Shown: positions 1 through 14,042 of the stretch, piece by piece
Position numbering within the stretch: position 1 is the stretch's first letter
Layout: every line of letters starts with the position of its first letter
Source of the DNA: Macrostomum lignano
Taxonomy: Eukaryota
DNA: 64,000 nt
Direction of reading: 5' to 3'
Assembly: GCA_002269645.1 (NCBI GenBank)
Contig: NIVC01000420.1
Coordinates: 554,217-618,216 of the forward strand
Program-made: the position numbers and the translations under genes
Notes under the pieces: model-generated
Database searches by the model: none
Told to the model about the DNA's origin: nothing
Seen by the model: only the letters and a program-made list of their open reading frames with translations

Positions 1-614
1 CGGTGGGAATACTTTTTCTGAAGTTTTTTTCCCGTTTGTCTTTCCCTCAATTTTTTTTGTCGAAGCGAGAAGAAGTGCTGAATCCGCCTGGAAACAACTG
101 TCTAACCGTTAGTAAGCAAATATTCAGTTGAAATTTTCTGAAGAATTGAACATGAAGAAGTCGAGATGAAGAACTTCCAGTTCTTTACGATTCGGTAAAC
201 GATAAATTGTTAGGAAAATTACTGCTAGCGAAAACGCGATTCTGAAATCTGCTATTTCGCGTGTTGTAAATCTCATCTTTTACCTGAACATTTTCTTGTT
301 ACAACCAGACACCATACGGAATTTTCTAACTATAAACTATCTATTATCTGCCGAACCCTCAGCTTGTGCAGTTACAAAATATGCGCAGCGAAGTTTTATT
401 GAGCAAAATAGTGAGAGTGAGAGAGCGAACAAGACAGAGACAGACAGTTACAAATTTAGACCCACCTTTAAGACAGCGTGAGCAAAGCAGTTTCAAATCG
501 AGGAGATTTTAAAGGTTTCTCCGCGCTCGCGCAGCGCAACCAAGGAGACCGATAGATAGCAACTGGACTGGTAATAACTTTTTCTGAGTTTCAGTGTCCT
601 CAGTTTGCGAGATA

Positions 615-1255
615 GATTATGAGAGATAGGATGAGAGAAGAAATGAGAGATGGGATGAGAGAAGAGATTGAGAGAAGAAATGAGAGATGGGATGAGAGAA
701 GAGATTGAGAGAAGAAATGAGAGATGGGATGAGAGAAGAGATTGAGAGAAGAAATGAGAGATGGGATGAGAGAAGAGATTGAGAGAAGAGATGAGAGATG
801 GGATGAGAGAAGAGATTGAGAGAAGAAATGAGAGATGGGATGAGAAAAGTGATTGAGAGAAGAAATAAGAGATGGGATGAGAGAAGAGATTGAGAGAAGA
901 AATGAGAGATGGGATGAAAAAAAGTGATGAAAGACGAGATGAGAGAAGAGATGAGAGAAGAGATTGAGAGAAGAAATGAGAGATGGGATGAGAGAAGAGA
1001 TTGAGAGAAGAAATGAGAGATGGGATGAGAGAAGAGATTGAGAGAAAAAATGAGAGATGGGATGAGAGAAGAGATTGAGAGAAGAAATGAGAGATGGGAT
1101 GAGAGAAGAGATTGAGAGATGGGATGAGAAAAGTGATGAAAGACGAGATGAAAGAAGAGATGAGAGATAGGATGAGAGAAGAGATGAGAGATGAGATTAG
1201 AGAAGAGATGAGGGATGGGATGATATGATAGATGAGAAAGAAGATAGAATGAGGG
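615..1255. repeat. GA-rich minisatellite, ~37-bp unit (GAGAAGAAATGAGAGATGGGATGAGAGAAGAGATTGA)
   Basis: Tandem periodicity is directly visible; it explains ORF 493..1371. Confidence 0.95.
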
Positions 1256-2150
1256 AGGAGAAGGTGCAAACTACTGTAAAGTGGATAGAGAGATCCCAGG
1301 CCCATCCAGACCCCCAGATTGAGTTGCACCGCAGGCTCTAATCTAAACTCTTCATGGTTCAAGCATTGCAAATTGCATTAGAAATGTATCCACGCAGTGC
1401 CCTGTAGCATTATCACGCCTGAAGAGATTATGAAAACAGTTTAAATACATGTACAGTATTTTACTAAACTTGTGCTCCAGAAAACATCTAGCGGAACTTA
1501 CTTACGGAACATTGAGACTTGGAAAAATATGAACCAAGAATTTTTCTGACCCAGTTTCTGGCTCAACCAAAAACCGTAACTCAGGACAAGCGGTCTGGCC
1601 GGTGTGGGGGTCGCGGGTTCGTTCCCACGGGCTCCGGCTAGAATATAGTGAAAGATGAGCTTACCACATATGCGAGTATTATATGCCTGATCAGAAGCCA
1701 CCATGTAGATGCCGTGTAATCTGAGACAGAACAACAGATTTTATGATTTGAAAAATGAAATATTCAGCTACGAGACCATTTTTTTGGTAATGTCTGTCGG
1801 CTCAGGTTTCAGCTGAATCGCACTATGAATCCCGATCTGTGTATGCAGGGGAACTTTTTCTAATAGACACAGTTTGCTCCCAGTCAGATGACGCGCAGAG
1901 GCTGCGAAGCTGAAACAGGACACCAGTGCTGCAGGATTTTCCGCCGGGTGGAGACCGGAACAGTTGCGTCCTTGCAAAATTGAGAAAAAATGTGTCTAAA
2001 AATATTAAATAACCGAGTGCGTACTTTGGCCCGCTAGATCGAGTTCACTTTGCAACCTGAGCTGTAGCGTGCAAGGAGAAGATGTTAATTAAATACTTTG
2101 ACAACAATATTTAAGTTTTTCATTTTCCATTGTGGGCGTCTTGTTTACTT

Positions 2151-2151
<1 letters not shown>

Positions 2152-2242
<91 letters not shown>

Positions 2243-2770
2243 TCTCATTCTCCTCTCACTCTCCCTCTCACTCTCCCCTCTCATTCTCCTCTCACTCTCC
2301 CTCTCACTCTCCCCTCTCATTCTCCTCTCACTCTCCCTCTCACTCTCCCTCTCATTCTCCTCTCACTCTCCCTCTCACTCTCCCCTCTCATTCTCCTCTC
2401 ACTCTCCCTCTCACTCTCCCCTCTCATTCTCCTCTCACTCTCCCTCTCACTCTCCCCTCTCATTCTCCTCTCACTCTCCCTCTCACTCTCCCCTCTCATT
2501 CTCCTCTCACTCTCCCTCTCACTCTCCCCTCTCATTCTCCTCTCACTCTCCCTCTCACTCTCCCCTCTCATTCTCCTCTCACTCTCCCTCTCACTCTCCC
2601 CTCTCATTCTCCTCTCACTCTCCCCTCTCACTCTCACCTCTCATTCTCCTCTCACTCTCCCCTCTCACTCTCCCCTCTCACTCTCCCCTCTCACTCTCCT
2701 CTCACTCTCCCTCTCTATCTCACTCCCTTCGCTCCCTCTCGCCTAATCCTTCACACTCTCCCTCTCTCAG
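2152..2770. repeat. (CT)n microsatellite grading into a 36-bp CT-rich minisatellite
   Basis: Pure (CT)n at ~2152-2235, then CTCTCATTCTCCTCTCACTCTCCCTCTCACTCTCCC units. Confidence 0.95.
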
Positions 2771-3396
2771 TCTCCCAGATCCGCAATCGGTCCCACCCTT
2801 TCTCCAAAGCCTAATTTAAATTCCGAGTGCGTCGGAGAAGCAAGCAGCAATCAGGGTGCCATGAGAGCGGGAGGATCGAACAAATCGATAAGAGGAACGC
2901 TAAAGAATATTGTACATCTCGCTTTTCAACTGTTTTCAAATGTCTTTACTCAACAGAAATCAATTGATCACAGTAAAATCACAGGGTCCCAAACAGCAAC
3001 ACGGAACAGCACTCGGTGTGCAGCTGACGTCTGCCCGGACATGAGAGAAATTTGAAAGACAGCCGGAAAGAGAAACAGACAGGCGGCTGAGACAGACTGA
3101 TGCGGGACTCAAGCTCATCAAATACAAAAAAATCTTTGTTGACAATCGAAGAGAAAAACAGCCGAAACAGAAAATGCGGACAAGAGATGCTCACTGACAA
3201 GTGACGGGGGGAGGCCACGGGGTGCTTTGATTGGAACGTGTTTCATGCCCCACATACGTCACGAATTGCAGTTCTAAACTTTTTACAGAGCTCTTACAGT
3301 GTTTCCTGTCGAAGAGTAAATCAAATAGTTTTTAGTCTCATTAGTCAACTAGAACTTTTCCTTTTCTCTCTTTCTTCCTCTCTGCCTCCCTTTTTA

Positions 3397-3722
<326 letters not shown>

Positions 3723-4164
3723 GGACTCCATTTAGACCTGGCACTCCAGTTGGCAATCTACAGACGAATGAGAGACTCATGCAGCTCCCTGCCGCAGCGG
3801 TCCCTAGGCAAACAGGGCACTTGAGCTCAGAGCCCCGCCAAGTCAAATATTAGGCAGGTCTCAAAGAGAGAAAAATGAGGAACTTGCTGGAAAGCCTCAG
3901 CGCTGTAAAAGAACAGACAAGCATTTCCACGTCTTTCATTTCCAGTATTTTTGTCTTGATCGATGAACCAGTTCAAAAGCACACGCTGGGCATTTTGAGA
4001 GTTGATGCTGTTTGAGGAGCGGAGAGAGTCCTACAAAGCTTGTTGCATCCGCTGACTGGGGCTCTCAGAATCGCGGGTACTTCAGGCAAGCCAACCCAGG
4101 GAAGGACCTGCTCAACTGCCTATCTTATATCGATCTGAGTTTACTAAGAAAATCTGGGCCAGTT

Positions 4165-4640
4165 CAATCAAACATCCGGGCACACTATTTGAAACAAACA
4201 TCCAGGCACACCAGTTTAAACAAACATCCGGGCACACCAGTTTAATCAAACATCCGGGCACACCAGTTTAATCAAACATCCGGGCACACCAGTTTAATCA
4301 AACATCCGGGCACACCAGTTTAATCAAACATCCGGGCACACCAGTTTAATCAAACATCCGGGCACACCAGTTTAAACAAACATCCAGGCACACCAGTTTA
4401 AACAAACATCCAGGCACACCAGTTCAAACAAACATCCAGGCACACCAGTTCAAACAAACATCCGGGCACACCAGTTTAAACAAACATCCAGGCACACCAG
4501 TTTAAACAAACATCCAGGCACACCAGTTTAAACAAACATCCGGGCACACCAGTTTAAACAAACATCCGGGCACACTATTTGAAACAAACATCCAGGCACA
4601 TCCGTTTTAACAAACATCCAGACACACCAGTTTAAACATT
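4165..4640. repeat. 26-bp minisatellite (AAACATCCGGGCACACCAGTTTAATC)
   Basis: CACCAG recurs at 4261, 4287 and onward. Confidence 0.95.
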
Positions 4641-4688
4641 AACTTGAACATTAAAATTGACTATTAGCATCGTATTGAGTAAAATGAT

Positions 4689-5294
4689 ATGGTGATCAGC
4701 GATCTCACACCAACTATCCACAATCCCACACAGCTGGTCACCCTGCTCTACAACTCGAGAGACATTGTCGCCGACTGCGACTCCGCCAATCGCCAAATGA
4801 CAGCCGGGGCGTCGGCATCAGCGACTGCCGCAGGCGACGACTACAATCAATTCGGCTGCGTCGAAGATGATCGCACAATGTCGGCGGGAGACTTCGCCAG
4901 CTGCGGCGGAGGTCGGTACGAGATCTGGCGGGACCATCGGCAACCGACTGGCCGGTTCCGGCAGAACCACCAGCAGCCGACGTCATGCGGGATGGCAACT
5001 CCCGGCACAGGGCCGACAGTTCGCCGAGTCGCTGGCGCCGCTGGGTCGGCGTCGATGCACGGCAGCAGCAGCTGCGAGGACGTCGACATGTCGGCTGGTG
5101 CAACGCCTTCGACGGCGAACCACGTCGGACAGGTAGTCGGCGGCTATCAGACAATGGGGTCGCTGAGGTACCAGCGACTGTTTCAGCAACAGCAACAGCA
5201 ACAGCAGCAGCAGCAACAACAACAGCCGCAGCAGCCAGTCTACAGCCCAAAAAAGTCATTGAAAAACACTTACTTCGAGACCAGCTTTGTGTAA
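4689..5294 (+). CDS. Probable terminal coding exon (or single-exon gene) of an unidentified protein; poly-Gln tract and C-terminal TYFETSFV* (class I PDZ-binding type S-x-V)
   Basis: GC-rich 201-aa ORF with coding-like composition. A possible acceptor CCCACACAG|CTG lies near 4733. No family recognised. Confidence 0.6.
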   Translation: MVISDLTPTIHNPTQLVTLLYNSRDIVADCDSANRQMTAGASASATAAGDDYNQFGCVEDDRTMSAGDFASCGGGRYEIWRDHRQPTGRFRQNHQQPTSCGMATPGTGPTVRRVAGAAGSASMHGSSSCEDVDMSAGATPSTANHVGQVVGGYQTMGSLRYQRLFQQQQQQQQQQQQQQPQQPVYSPKKSLKNTYFETSFV

Positions 5295-6010
5295 CAAGCG
5301 AAGGCGTCCCTGAGTTCGACTCTCTTGAGGTTAAAAATATCATTAGTTTTAATTCAGCACCCAGTCTGTTATGCAAACCACCCAGATCTAAGTTTGTATG
5401 CTCGATAAAGCTAAGTTTCAATGCTCTATGTAGGCCAAAACAGCCAATTGTATTTTCTTTCTTTGTAATTACTAGCTGACACACACCACAAATAAATCAT
5501 ATACGAGGCTTAATGCTTTTCCTAAAAAAGGTGTGACTAAAGCCGACAGTTCAAGGATTAGCGCCAAAAAATATGAAATCGAAAGTGAGCAGAGAGTCTG
5601 TGGGGGAGTCGTGCCTACCTTATTCTAAACCTAGGATTGACTCACTGCCAAGTCCTCTTTTGCATTTGTAGCAATTTCTGGGATTTACACGGACTTACGA
5701 GTAAAAAGCTCTAATCCCCTTTGTGTCCTCTGCTAGACAAACTATTTCGATTGACATGCTGGCTAGATTAAGCGGCTTTATTCAAAATACGTATTTATGG
5801 TTTTTTAAGCAATGCTTCTTTGAGCAATAACTAGGCTAAGTTTCTGTCTCGGGATTCTCTTTATTTCGCAAATATAATCCTCCCTTATCAATCTTCCCCA
5901 TGTCTGCCAGTGAACTGTCAGACTTGTTAGAGTTGCAGTATGAAGCTGGACATCTGCTAAGCTGCACAGCTTCCGCCCGTGTCTTTGCGACAGACTAATC
6001 CTGCCTCAAG

Positions 6011-7092
6011 ATGCCTCAGGTGGAGGCAGCGGCTTCTCACTGTGAAGAAGGACCTCAGGTGGAGGCAGCGGCTTCTCACTGTGAAGAAGGACCTCAGGTT
6101 GAGGCAGCGGCTTCTCACTGTGAAGAAGGACCTCAGGTGGAGGCAGCGGCTTCTCACTGTGAAGAAGGACCTCAGGTTGAGGCAGCGGCTTCTCACTGTG
6201 AAGAAGGACCTCAGGTTGAGGCAGCGGCTTCTCACTGTGAAGAAGGACCTCAGGTTGAGGCAGCGGCTTCTCACTGTGAAGAAGGACCTCAGGTTGAGGC
6301 AGCGGCTTCTCACTGAAGAAGGAACTCAGGTGGAGGCAGCGGCTTCTCATTGTGAAGAAGGACCTCAGGTTGAGGGAGCGGCTTCTCACTGAAGAAGGAA
6401 CTCAGGTGGAGGCAGCGGCTTCTCATTGTGAAGAAGGACCTCAGGTGGAGGCAGCGGCTTCTCATTGTGAAGAAGGATCTCAGGTGGAGGCAGCGGCTTC
6501 TCACTGTGAAGAAGGACCTCAGGTGGAGGCAGCGGCTTCTCACTGTGAAGAAGGACCTCAGGTGGAGGCAGCGGCTTCTCACTGTGAAGAAGGACCCCAG
6601 GTAAAGGCAGCGGCTTCTCACTGTGAAGAAGGACCTCAGGTAGAGGCAGCGGCTTCTCACTGTGAAGAAGGACCTCAGGTAGAGGCAGCGGCTTCTCACT
6701 GTGAAGAAGGACCCCAGGTAGAGGCAGCGGCTTCTCACTGTGAAGAAGGACCTCAGGTAGAGGCAGCGGCTTCTCACTGTGAAGAAGGACCTCAGGTAGA
6801 GGCAGCGGCTTCTCACTGTGAAGAAGGACCTCAGGTGGAGGCAGCGGCTTCTCACTGTGAAGAAGGACCTCAGGTGGAGGCAGCAGCTTCTCACTGTGAA
6901 GAAGGACCTCAGGTAGAGGCAGCAGCTTCTTACTGTGAAGAAGGACCTCAGGTGGAGGCAGCGGCTTCTCACTGTGAAGAAGGACCTCAGGTGGAGGCAG
7001 CGGCTTCTCACTGTGAAGAAGGACCTCAGGTGGAGGCAGCGGCTTCTCACTGTGAAGAAGGACCTCAGGTGGAGGCAGCGGCTTCTCACTGC
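6011..7092. repeat. 39-bp minisatellite (TGTGAAGAAGGACCTCAGGTGGAGGCAGCGGCTTCTCAC; CEEGPQVEAAASH in one frame)
   Basis: About 27 tandem units; two units carry a 2-nt deletion near 6313 and 6389. Confidence 0.95.
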
Positions 7093-7671
7093 ACTTTATT
7101 CACAACTCAATCCGAACATCGCAGTTCAAACGCAGGTGGAGACACAGCAATACTTAGCGATGCCCTGTGCACGCAAAAAATTAAGGAAGGGTCAAAGCAA
7201 GTCAACAGCCAGTCATTTTTGGGCCATAAATTCTGCTTCCAGACCCTCCGCCTCTCTCTGAAGGGAAAGCAGGCGACCATCAACCAGTCGCCACTCTCAT
7301 CCTCCTTGTTTCCACGATAAACTCGACCACTACCGGTGGTAAAAAAGATGCCTTCCCCTTCCCTGCCCTCGCTAATGGGATAAAGAGGGCAAAAAGAGGG
7401 GAGGAGATTTCCAAGAAAGAAAAAAGCCATCAAAACAGGCCTTCCTTCCCATTTAAGCTGAAAGCGGCTTTGTCTGCACTGCCCGCGTCCCCTCAGCGCG
7501 AATCTCAGACCGCTTCCTGGGCGCCGTTCCGGTCTGGCTTGTTCATTGTTCATCTTCTCTCCGCTTGACAACTGATGCGGGGAGAGGCTCCAGCTTCTCC
7601 CGATTTGTTTCGGTGCATCGGTGCGCAGTTCCTCAACTGCTCACAATAGCCTCTGCTCGAGCGCTAATTGA

Positions 7672-7746
7672 TTTGTCTGTCTGCCTGTCTGTCTTGTCTT
7701 AGACAGACAGACAGACACTATCTGTATTAGGTTCTGTCTGTCTTAG

Positions 7747-7805
<59 letters not shown>

Positions 7806-7806
7806 G

Positions 7807-7847
<41 letters not shown>

Positions 7848-7850
7848 TAG

Positions 7851-7889
<39 letters not shown>

Positions 7890-7910
7890 GTCTGTCTGTC
7901 TATGTGTCTG

Positions 7911-7941
<31 letters not shown>

Positions 7942-8018
7942 TTCTGTCTGTCTGTCTGTCTGTGTCTGTCTGTCTATGTGTCTGTGTCTGTCTGTCTGTC
8001 TGTCTTAGTGTCTGTCTA

Positions 8019-8095
<77 letters not shown>

Positions 8096-8185
8096 GTGTC
8101 TGTCTGCCTGTCTGTCTATCTGTCTGTCTGTCTGCCTGTCTATATGTCTGTCTGTCTGTCCGTCTGTCTATTTGTCTGTCTGTCT
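7672..8185. repeat. (TCTG)n microsatellite
   Basis: Directly visible. Confidence 0.97.
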
Positions 8186-9712
8186 GTTATCGTCTCTGCT
8201 GCCACATGCAAACATGTCCAAATCGCATGCTCTGACAGCTTAAGAGGCAAAGCTCGCATGGACGACACGGCCGAGGAGTCCCCATCATAAAACGATCCCA
8301 TAGCCGGTGTTTTGCATCGTAAAAAAGCTGCCTAGCAATAAGCAGCCCCAGCCCGTGAGTGAGCAGGTCTCCCAGCACGCGATCTCTCTCTCTCTCTCTC
8401 TCTCTCGCACAGTCTAAAAGAGCGACCCAACTGTCCCGACAACAAAACAGTCGGGCACTCAGCACCGCCATCCCGGACTCATTCACAGATCTGGAGAAGT
8501 TTAGAAAGCGGAGAAAGCTTTAAAAAACCTGAAACTGAGTTTGAGTTCAGCAACTTCCACTCCCCCCCCATCCCGTTGTCGTGGCGGTTTCTTTAACAAG
8601 CACTCCCGCCTCCAGTTTGGGTGCGGTCCAGAAAAGTATAGGGACCAAAAGAACTTGATTTTTTCTTCCATAAAAAGCGATTTCTGCTGGGCAAGGAGTG
8701 TGGCGCCTGCAGTGGCTCAATGCGAGTTTGCGTGACTCGGCCACCGCCCATCTCACCGCTGCTGCTTAACCCCAGTCATTGCGGAGGGCGTCAAGTATTC
8801 AGTCAGTTTTTTGAACTGCAAATCTTTAAAGCCATTAGGTGCAGTAGTGAGGGGGGGGGGCTGTCGCACGCACTCAGGTACTGCTTACTGGTTCGTATTC
8901 ATGAATTTTAGATACCTCACATGTTTGATAGGAAATGCGTTGTTGAATTGCGATTTCATTGTAAAATAGTTGAATAAATCAATTCTGATATTCTCTGTTC
9001 AAGAAACTTTTTGTTATTTATAGTTCTCTCATCTTTCATCTCCTTTCCCCTCCCGCTTCTTTTCCCTGCCACTATCTCCCCTCTTCTTCCCCTCCATTCT
9101 CCCATCTTCTCTCCTCTCCTCTCCATTCTTCTCTCTTCTCATCTCACCCATTCCTTTCCCAGCTTATAGCCACTTTCCTCTCTCCCCTCTCTCACATGCC
9201 TCTATATCTTCTTCTCTCTTCCCATGGAGATTTCTACTCAGTACTAAATTAAAAAGGCAAGGCACACTCGAGCCATGCACATCAAGCACATCGAGCGACA
9301 CAGGGAATCCTCCCAACCTGATGCATCATATAGGAGAGAGCTGAAAAGTGACTAAGACAGAGATGCTACTCCGATGCGAGCCATTAAAAAAATATGCTCC
9401 CGGGCTGCTTGCGTACAAAAGTGGGCAAAAGAGCGAGACAGGCCGAGAGCCCCGTGGCTCAATGAAGCGTTGGAAAGCCAGCCTAGATAAGGCACTGGAG
9501 TGGGGGAGGCTGAGGCAGCGCCTCATCATAAGTCTTCGGATTCTCCGATAACCTGGCTTAGTATTAGTACAAGGAGATCTTGACGAGAGCCTGGAGTGCC
9601 AACTCTACCCCCTCAATTTTAGATACGGTATTTATTACACAGCAGATTCACTGTGCCTGATTTAAAAAAATTGAATTGCTAAATTATAATAATCACGTGA
9701 TCAATTCAGCAA

Positions 9713-10700
9713 TCAGCGCCCCCCGTTGGGGAGCCAAAAAAATGCAGTACAAGTTTTTTTAATAAACTACATGTAAGCGTCTCTTTGCATTATACCTTGT
9801 AAGCCTTGACATGTCAGAAAATCCCCCCACAAGCCTTAGCATATCAACCCCCTTGACATCTTAGCAATGCCCCATAAGCCTTGCAATCTTAAAAAATCTG
9901 TCAACCTTCTAACCCTAACCCTAACCCTAAAGCATTGACATTTCAGTAATTCTCTCCAACAGTCATTATAGCACTACAGCATTATAGCGATTCCCTGCAA
10001 GCCTCGACATCGTAGGGATTCCCAAATGAATCTCTTAACTTCGACATGAAGCTTCTTTTATTTTTTACATTACACTTTTTCTATCAGCAATCCCTCCCGT
10101 GAGGAGCCAACAAATAATGAAAAAAAGTTTTCAATAGAATACATGTAGCTTCTGACTTTAGCCTTGACATCTCATTTATTCCCCCATGAGCCTTGACATC
10201 TCAGCTATTCCCCTGTAAGCCTTGACATGTCAGCAATGCCCCGCATAAACCTTGATATCTGAAAAATCCCCTGTTAACCTTGAAACCCGCTAAAATATAA
10301 CCCTCAACCCAAACCTGACCTAAACCTAACTTTAACCCAACCTATAAAAGCCTTGAAATCTCAGCAATTCTTCTCCCCTAAGCCTTGACAATTTAGTGAT
10401 TCTTTCTTCAAGAATCACAGCACTATAGCAATTCCCTCCAAGCCTTGACATTGTGGCAATTCCCAAATGAATCTTTTAACTTCGACATGACTCTTCTTTT
10501 ATGTATACATAGTGCTTCTTTTCTTTTTTACATGACTCTTCTTCTATCAGCGCCCCCCCCGTGGCGAGCCAACAAAGAATGTTATAAAAAAATTGAGTAA
10601 AGTACATGTACTTTGAAGTAGCTTCTGACTTTTGCTTTGACATCTCAGAAACCCCCCCGTAATCTCAGTTATTCTCTGAGAGCCTTGACATCTTAGTAAT
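9713..10700. repeat. Diverged tandem duplication, ~370-460-bp unit (starts near 9713, 10086, 10548)
   Basis: Each unit opens with CAGC...CCCGT.G.GAGCCAA...TACATGTA and contains repeated AGCCTTGACAT motifs. Confidence 0.75.
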
Positions 10701-10789
10701 TCTCCCCAGCACAGCACGATGGCTTCATTTAATTTTTACATGACACTTCTTTCATGTCTGACATTTTTTATTGTCACTTGATTTTTTAT

Positions 10790-13310
10790 GTCAGTATGAT
10801 TTTTTTACATGACGCTTTCATGATTGTTTACATGACGCTTCTATGATTTTTTATATGACGCTTCTATGATTTTTTACATGACGCTTCTATGACTTTTTCA
10901 TGACGCTTCTATGATTTTTTACATGACGCTTCTTTGATTTTTTACATGACGCTCCTATGATTTTTTCATGACGCTTCTATGATTGTTTACATGACACTTC
11001 TATGATTTTTTACATGACGCTTCTATGATATTTTACATGACGCTTCTATTATTGTTTACATGACGCTTATATGATTTTTTATATGACGCTTATATGATTT
11101 TTTAAATGGCGCTTCTATGATTTTTTAACTGACGCTTTGATGATTTTTTACATGACGCTTTCATGATTGTTTACATGACGCTTCTATGATTTTTTACATG
11201 GCGCTTCTATGATTTTTTACATGGCGCTTCTATGATTTTTTACATGACGCTTCTATGATTTTTTACATGACGCTTCTATGATTGTTTACACAACGCTTAT
11301 ATGATTTTTTACATGACGCTTCTATGATTTTTTCATGACGCTTCTATGATTTTTTACATGACGCTTCTATGATTTTTTCATGACGCTTCTATGATTTTTT
11401 ACATGACGCTTCTGCGATTGTTTACATGACGCTTCTATGATTTTTTACATGACGCTTCTGCGATTGTTTACATGACGCTTCTATAATTGTTTACATGACG
11501 CTTATATGATTTTTTAAATGACGCTTCTAAGATTTTTTACATGACGCTTCTATGATTGTTTACATGACGCTTCTATGATTGTTTACATGACGCTTCTGCG
11601 ATTGTTTACATGACGCTTCTATAATTGTTTACATGACGCTTATATGATTTTTTACATGACGCTTCTATGATTTCTCAAATGACGCTTCCATTAGTTTTTA
11701 TATAAGGCTTCTATGATTTTTTACATGACGCTTCTATGATTGTTTACATGACGCTTCTATGATTGTTAGATGACGCTTCTATGATTGTTTACATGATGTT
11801 TTTATGATTGTTTACTTGACGCTTCTATGATTGTTTACATGACGCTTCTATGATTGTTTACATGACGCTTCTATGACTTTTCATGGCGCTTCTATGATTT
11901 TTTACATGACGCTTATATGATTTTTTACATGACGCTTATATGATTGTTTACATGACGCTTCTATGATTGTTTATATGACGCTTCTATGCTTTTTTACATG
12001 ACGCTTCTATGCTTTTGTACATGACGCTTATATGATTGTTTACATGACGCTTCTATGATTGTTTATATGACGCTTCTATGCTTTTTTACATGACGCTTCT
12101 ATGCTTTTGTACATGACGCTTATATGATTGTTTACATGACGCTTCTATGATTGTTTACATGACGCTTCTATGATTTTTTACATGACGCTTCTTTGATTTT
12201 TTACATGACGCTTCTATGATTTTTTCATTACGCTTCTATGATTGTTTACATGACGCTTCTATGATTTTTTACATGACGCTTCTTTGATTGTTTACATGAC
12301 GCTTCTATGATTTTTTACATGACGCTTCTATGATTCTCTACATGAGGCTTCTATGATTTTTTACATGACGCTTCTATGATTCTCTACATTACGCTTCTAT
12401 GATTGTTTACACGACGCTTCTATGATTTTTTCATGACGCTTTCATGATTGTTTACATGACGCTTCTATGATTTTTTTACATGACACTTTCATGATTGTTT
12501 ACATGATGCTTCTATTATTTTTTACATGACGCTTCTATGACTTTTTCATGGCGCTTCTATGATTTTTTACATGACGCTTCTATAATTATTTACATGACGC
12601 TTCTATGCTTTTTTACATGACGCTTATATGATTGTTTACACGACACTTCTATGATTGTTTACATGACGCTTCTATGCTTTTTTACATGACGCTTCTATGC
12701 TTTTGTACATGACGCTTATATGATTGTTTACATGACGCTTCTATGATTGTTTACATGACGCTTCTATGATTTTTTACATGACGCTTCTTTGATTTTTTAC
12801 ATGACGCTTCTATGATTTTTTCATGACGCTTCTATGATTGTTTACATGACGCTTCTATGATTTTTTACATGACGCTTCTATGATTTTTTACATGACGCTT
12901 CTTTGATTGTTTACATGACGCTTCTATGATTTTTTACATGACGCTTCTATGATTCTCTACATGAGGCTTCTATGATTTTTTACATGACGCTTCTATGATT
13001 CTCTACATTACGCTTCTATGATTGTTTACACGACGCTTCTATGATTTTTTCATGACGCTTTCATGATTGTTTACATGACGCTTCTATGATTTTTTACATG
13101 ACGCTTCTATGATTTTTTACATGACGCTTCTATGATTTTTTCATGACGCTTTCATGATTTTTTACATGACGCTTCTATGATTGTTTACATGACGCTTCTA
13201 TGATTTTTACATGACGCTTCTATGATTGTTTACATGACGCTTTTATGATTTTTTACATGACGCTTCTATGATTTTTTACATGACACTTCTATGATTGTTT
13301 ACATGACACT
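10790..13310. repeat. 22-bp minisatellite (TTTTTACATGACGCTTCTATGA), ~2.5 kb
   Basis: Directly visible periodicity. Confidence 0.98.
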
Positions 13311-13361
13311 CTTGTCCTTTATTTGTCCTTTAATATAAGCTTTTAATAAAAAAACTTTTCA

Positions 13362-13428
13362 CTACCAAGATTCGAACCCAGGTCGCTGCATTTGCAGTCT
13401 AGTCTGTTCACATCTAGGCTAGCTCTTA
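13362..13428 (-). other. tRNA-derived (SINE head or pseudo-tRNA) fragment
   Basis: The minus strand reads TAGCCTAGATG (A-box-like)...GACTGCAAAT...GGGTTCGAATC (B box). No complete acceptor stem was seen. Confidence 0.45.
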
Positions 13429-14042
13429 TCGTATTTATAAATGAAATTGTAGCACTTATATTATTCAACACTCACTCACGAAGCAGTTATGACATAATCA
13501 ATTTCCCAGGCAAGTCAGTATCAGTCTCAATTAAAGTTGACAATATGGTTACCCAATCTAAATCACGTCTGGTGCTACGCTTCCACACTGCATTTTCAAT
13601 ACTGTGACGCAATTCAAGTCGGAGTTACAATTCATTTATGATGCAATCTATTTCAGAATCAGAATTCAACCAGTCAGTTTTTTCTCTAGCATTCTTACAA
13701 TGCATTTCAAGTCGAAAAGTTTGCTTGACCTTTGCAAAAAAGCATGTTTTTCGAATATTTAATCGCTTTAACATGGAGCAATTTCTTAGCCAAGATGCAT
13801 GTACCGTAACGGGAAAATTTCTGATCGAACAGTGCAAGTCTCATGAAAATCGGTTAAGCCATTTTTTCTCTAATCGATTACAAGCAAGCAAGCAAGATTT
13901 TCATTTTTAGTATATTGGATTTATTACACAGCAGATTCACTGTGCCTGATTTAAAAAAATTGAATTGCTAAATTATAATAATCACGTGATCAATTCAACT
14001 TTTGCGAACAGAGAAGTTATTTTTTATTCGAACTAAAAATAA

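Larger units (their letters stand above)
9630..13997. repeat. Block bracketed by a 79-bp identical direct repeat (9630-9708 and 13919-13997)
   Basis: ATTTATTACACAGCAGATTCACTGTGCCTG...CACGTGATCAATTCA occurs at both ends. Confidence 0.9.

Noticed and set aside
1575-1640. tRNA gene (TAACTCAGG...GGTTCGTTCCC)
   Set aside because: A- and B-box-like motifs only; the cloverleaf does not close. At most a SINE remnant.
1500-1720. Minus-strand exon-like segments with GTAAG donors at ~1664 and ~1507
   Set aside because: The intervening intron would be only 27 nt, phases do not chain and no product is recognisable.
9910-9930. (CCCTAA)n telomeric repeat or chromosome fusion scar
   Set aside because: Only about three units, embedded in a dispersed repeat with a degenerate counterpart near 10310.
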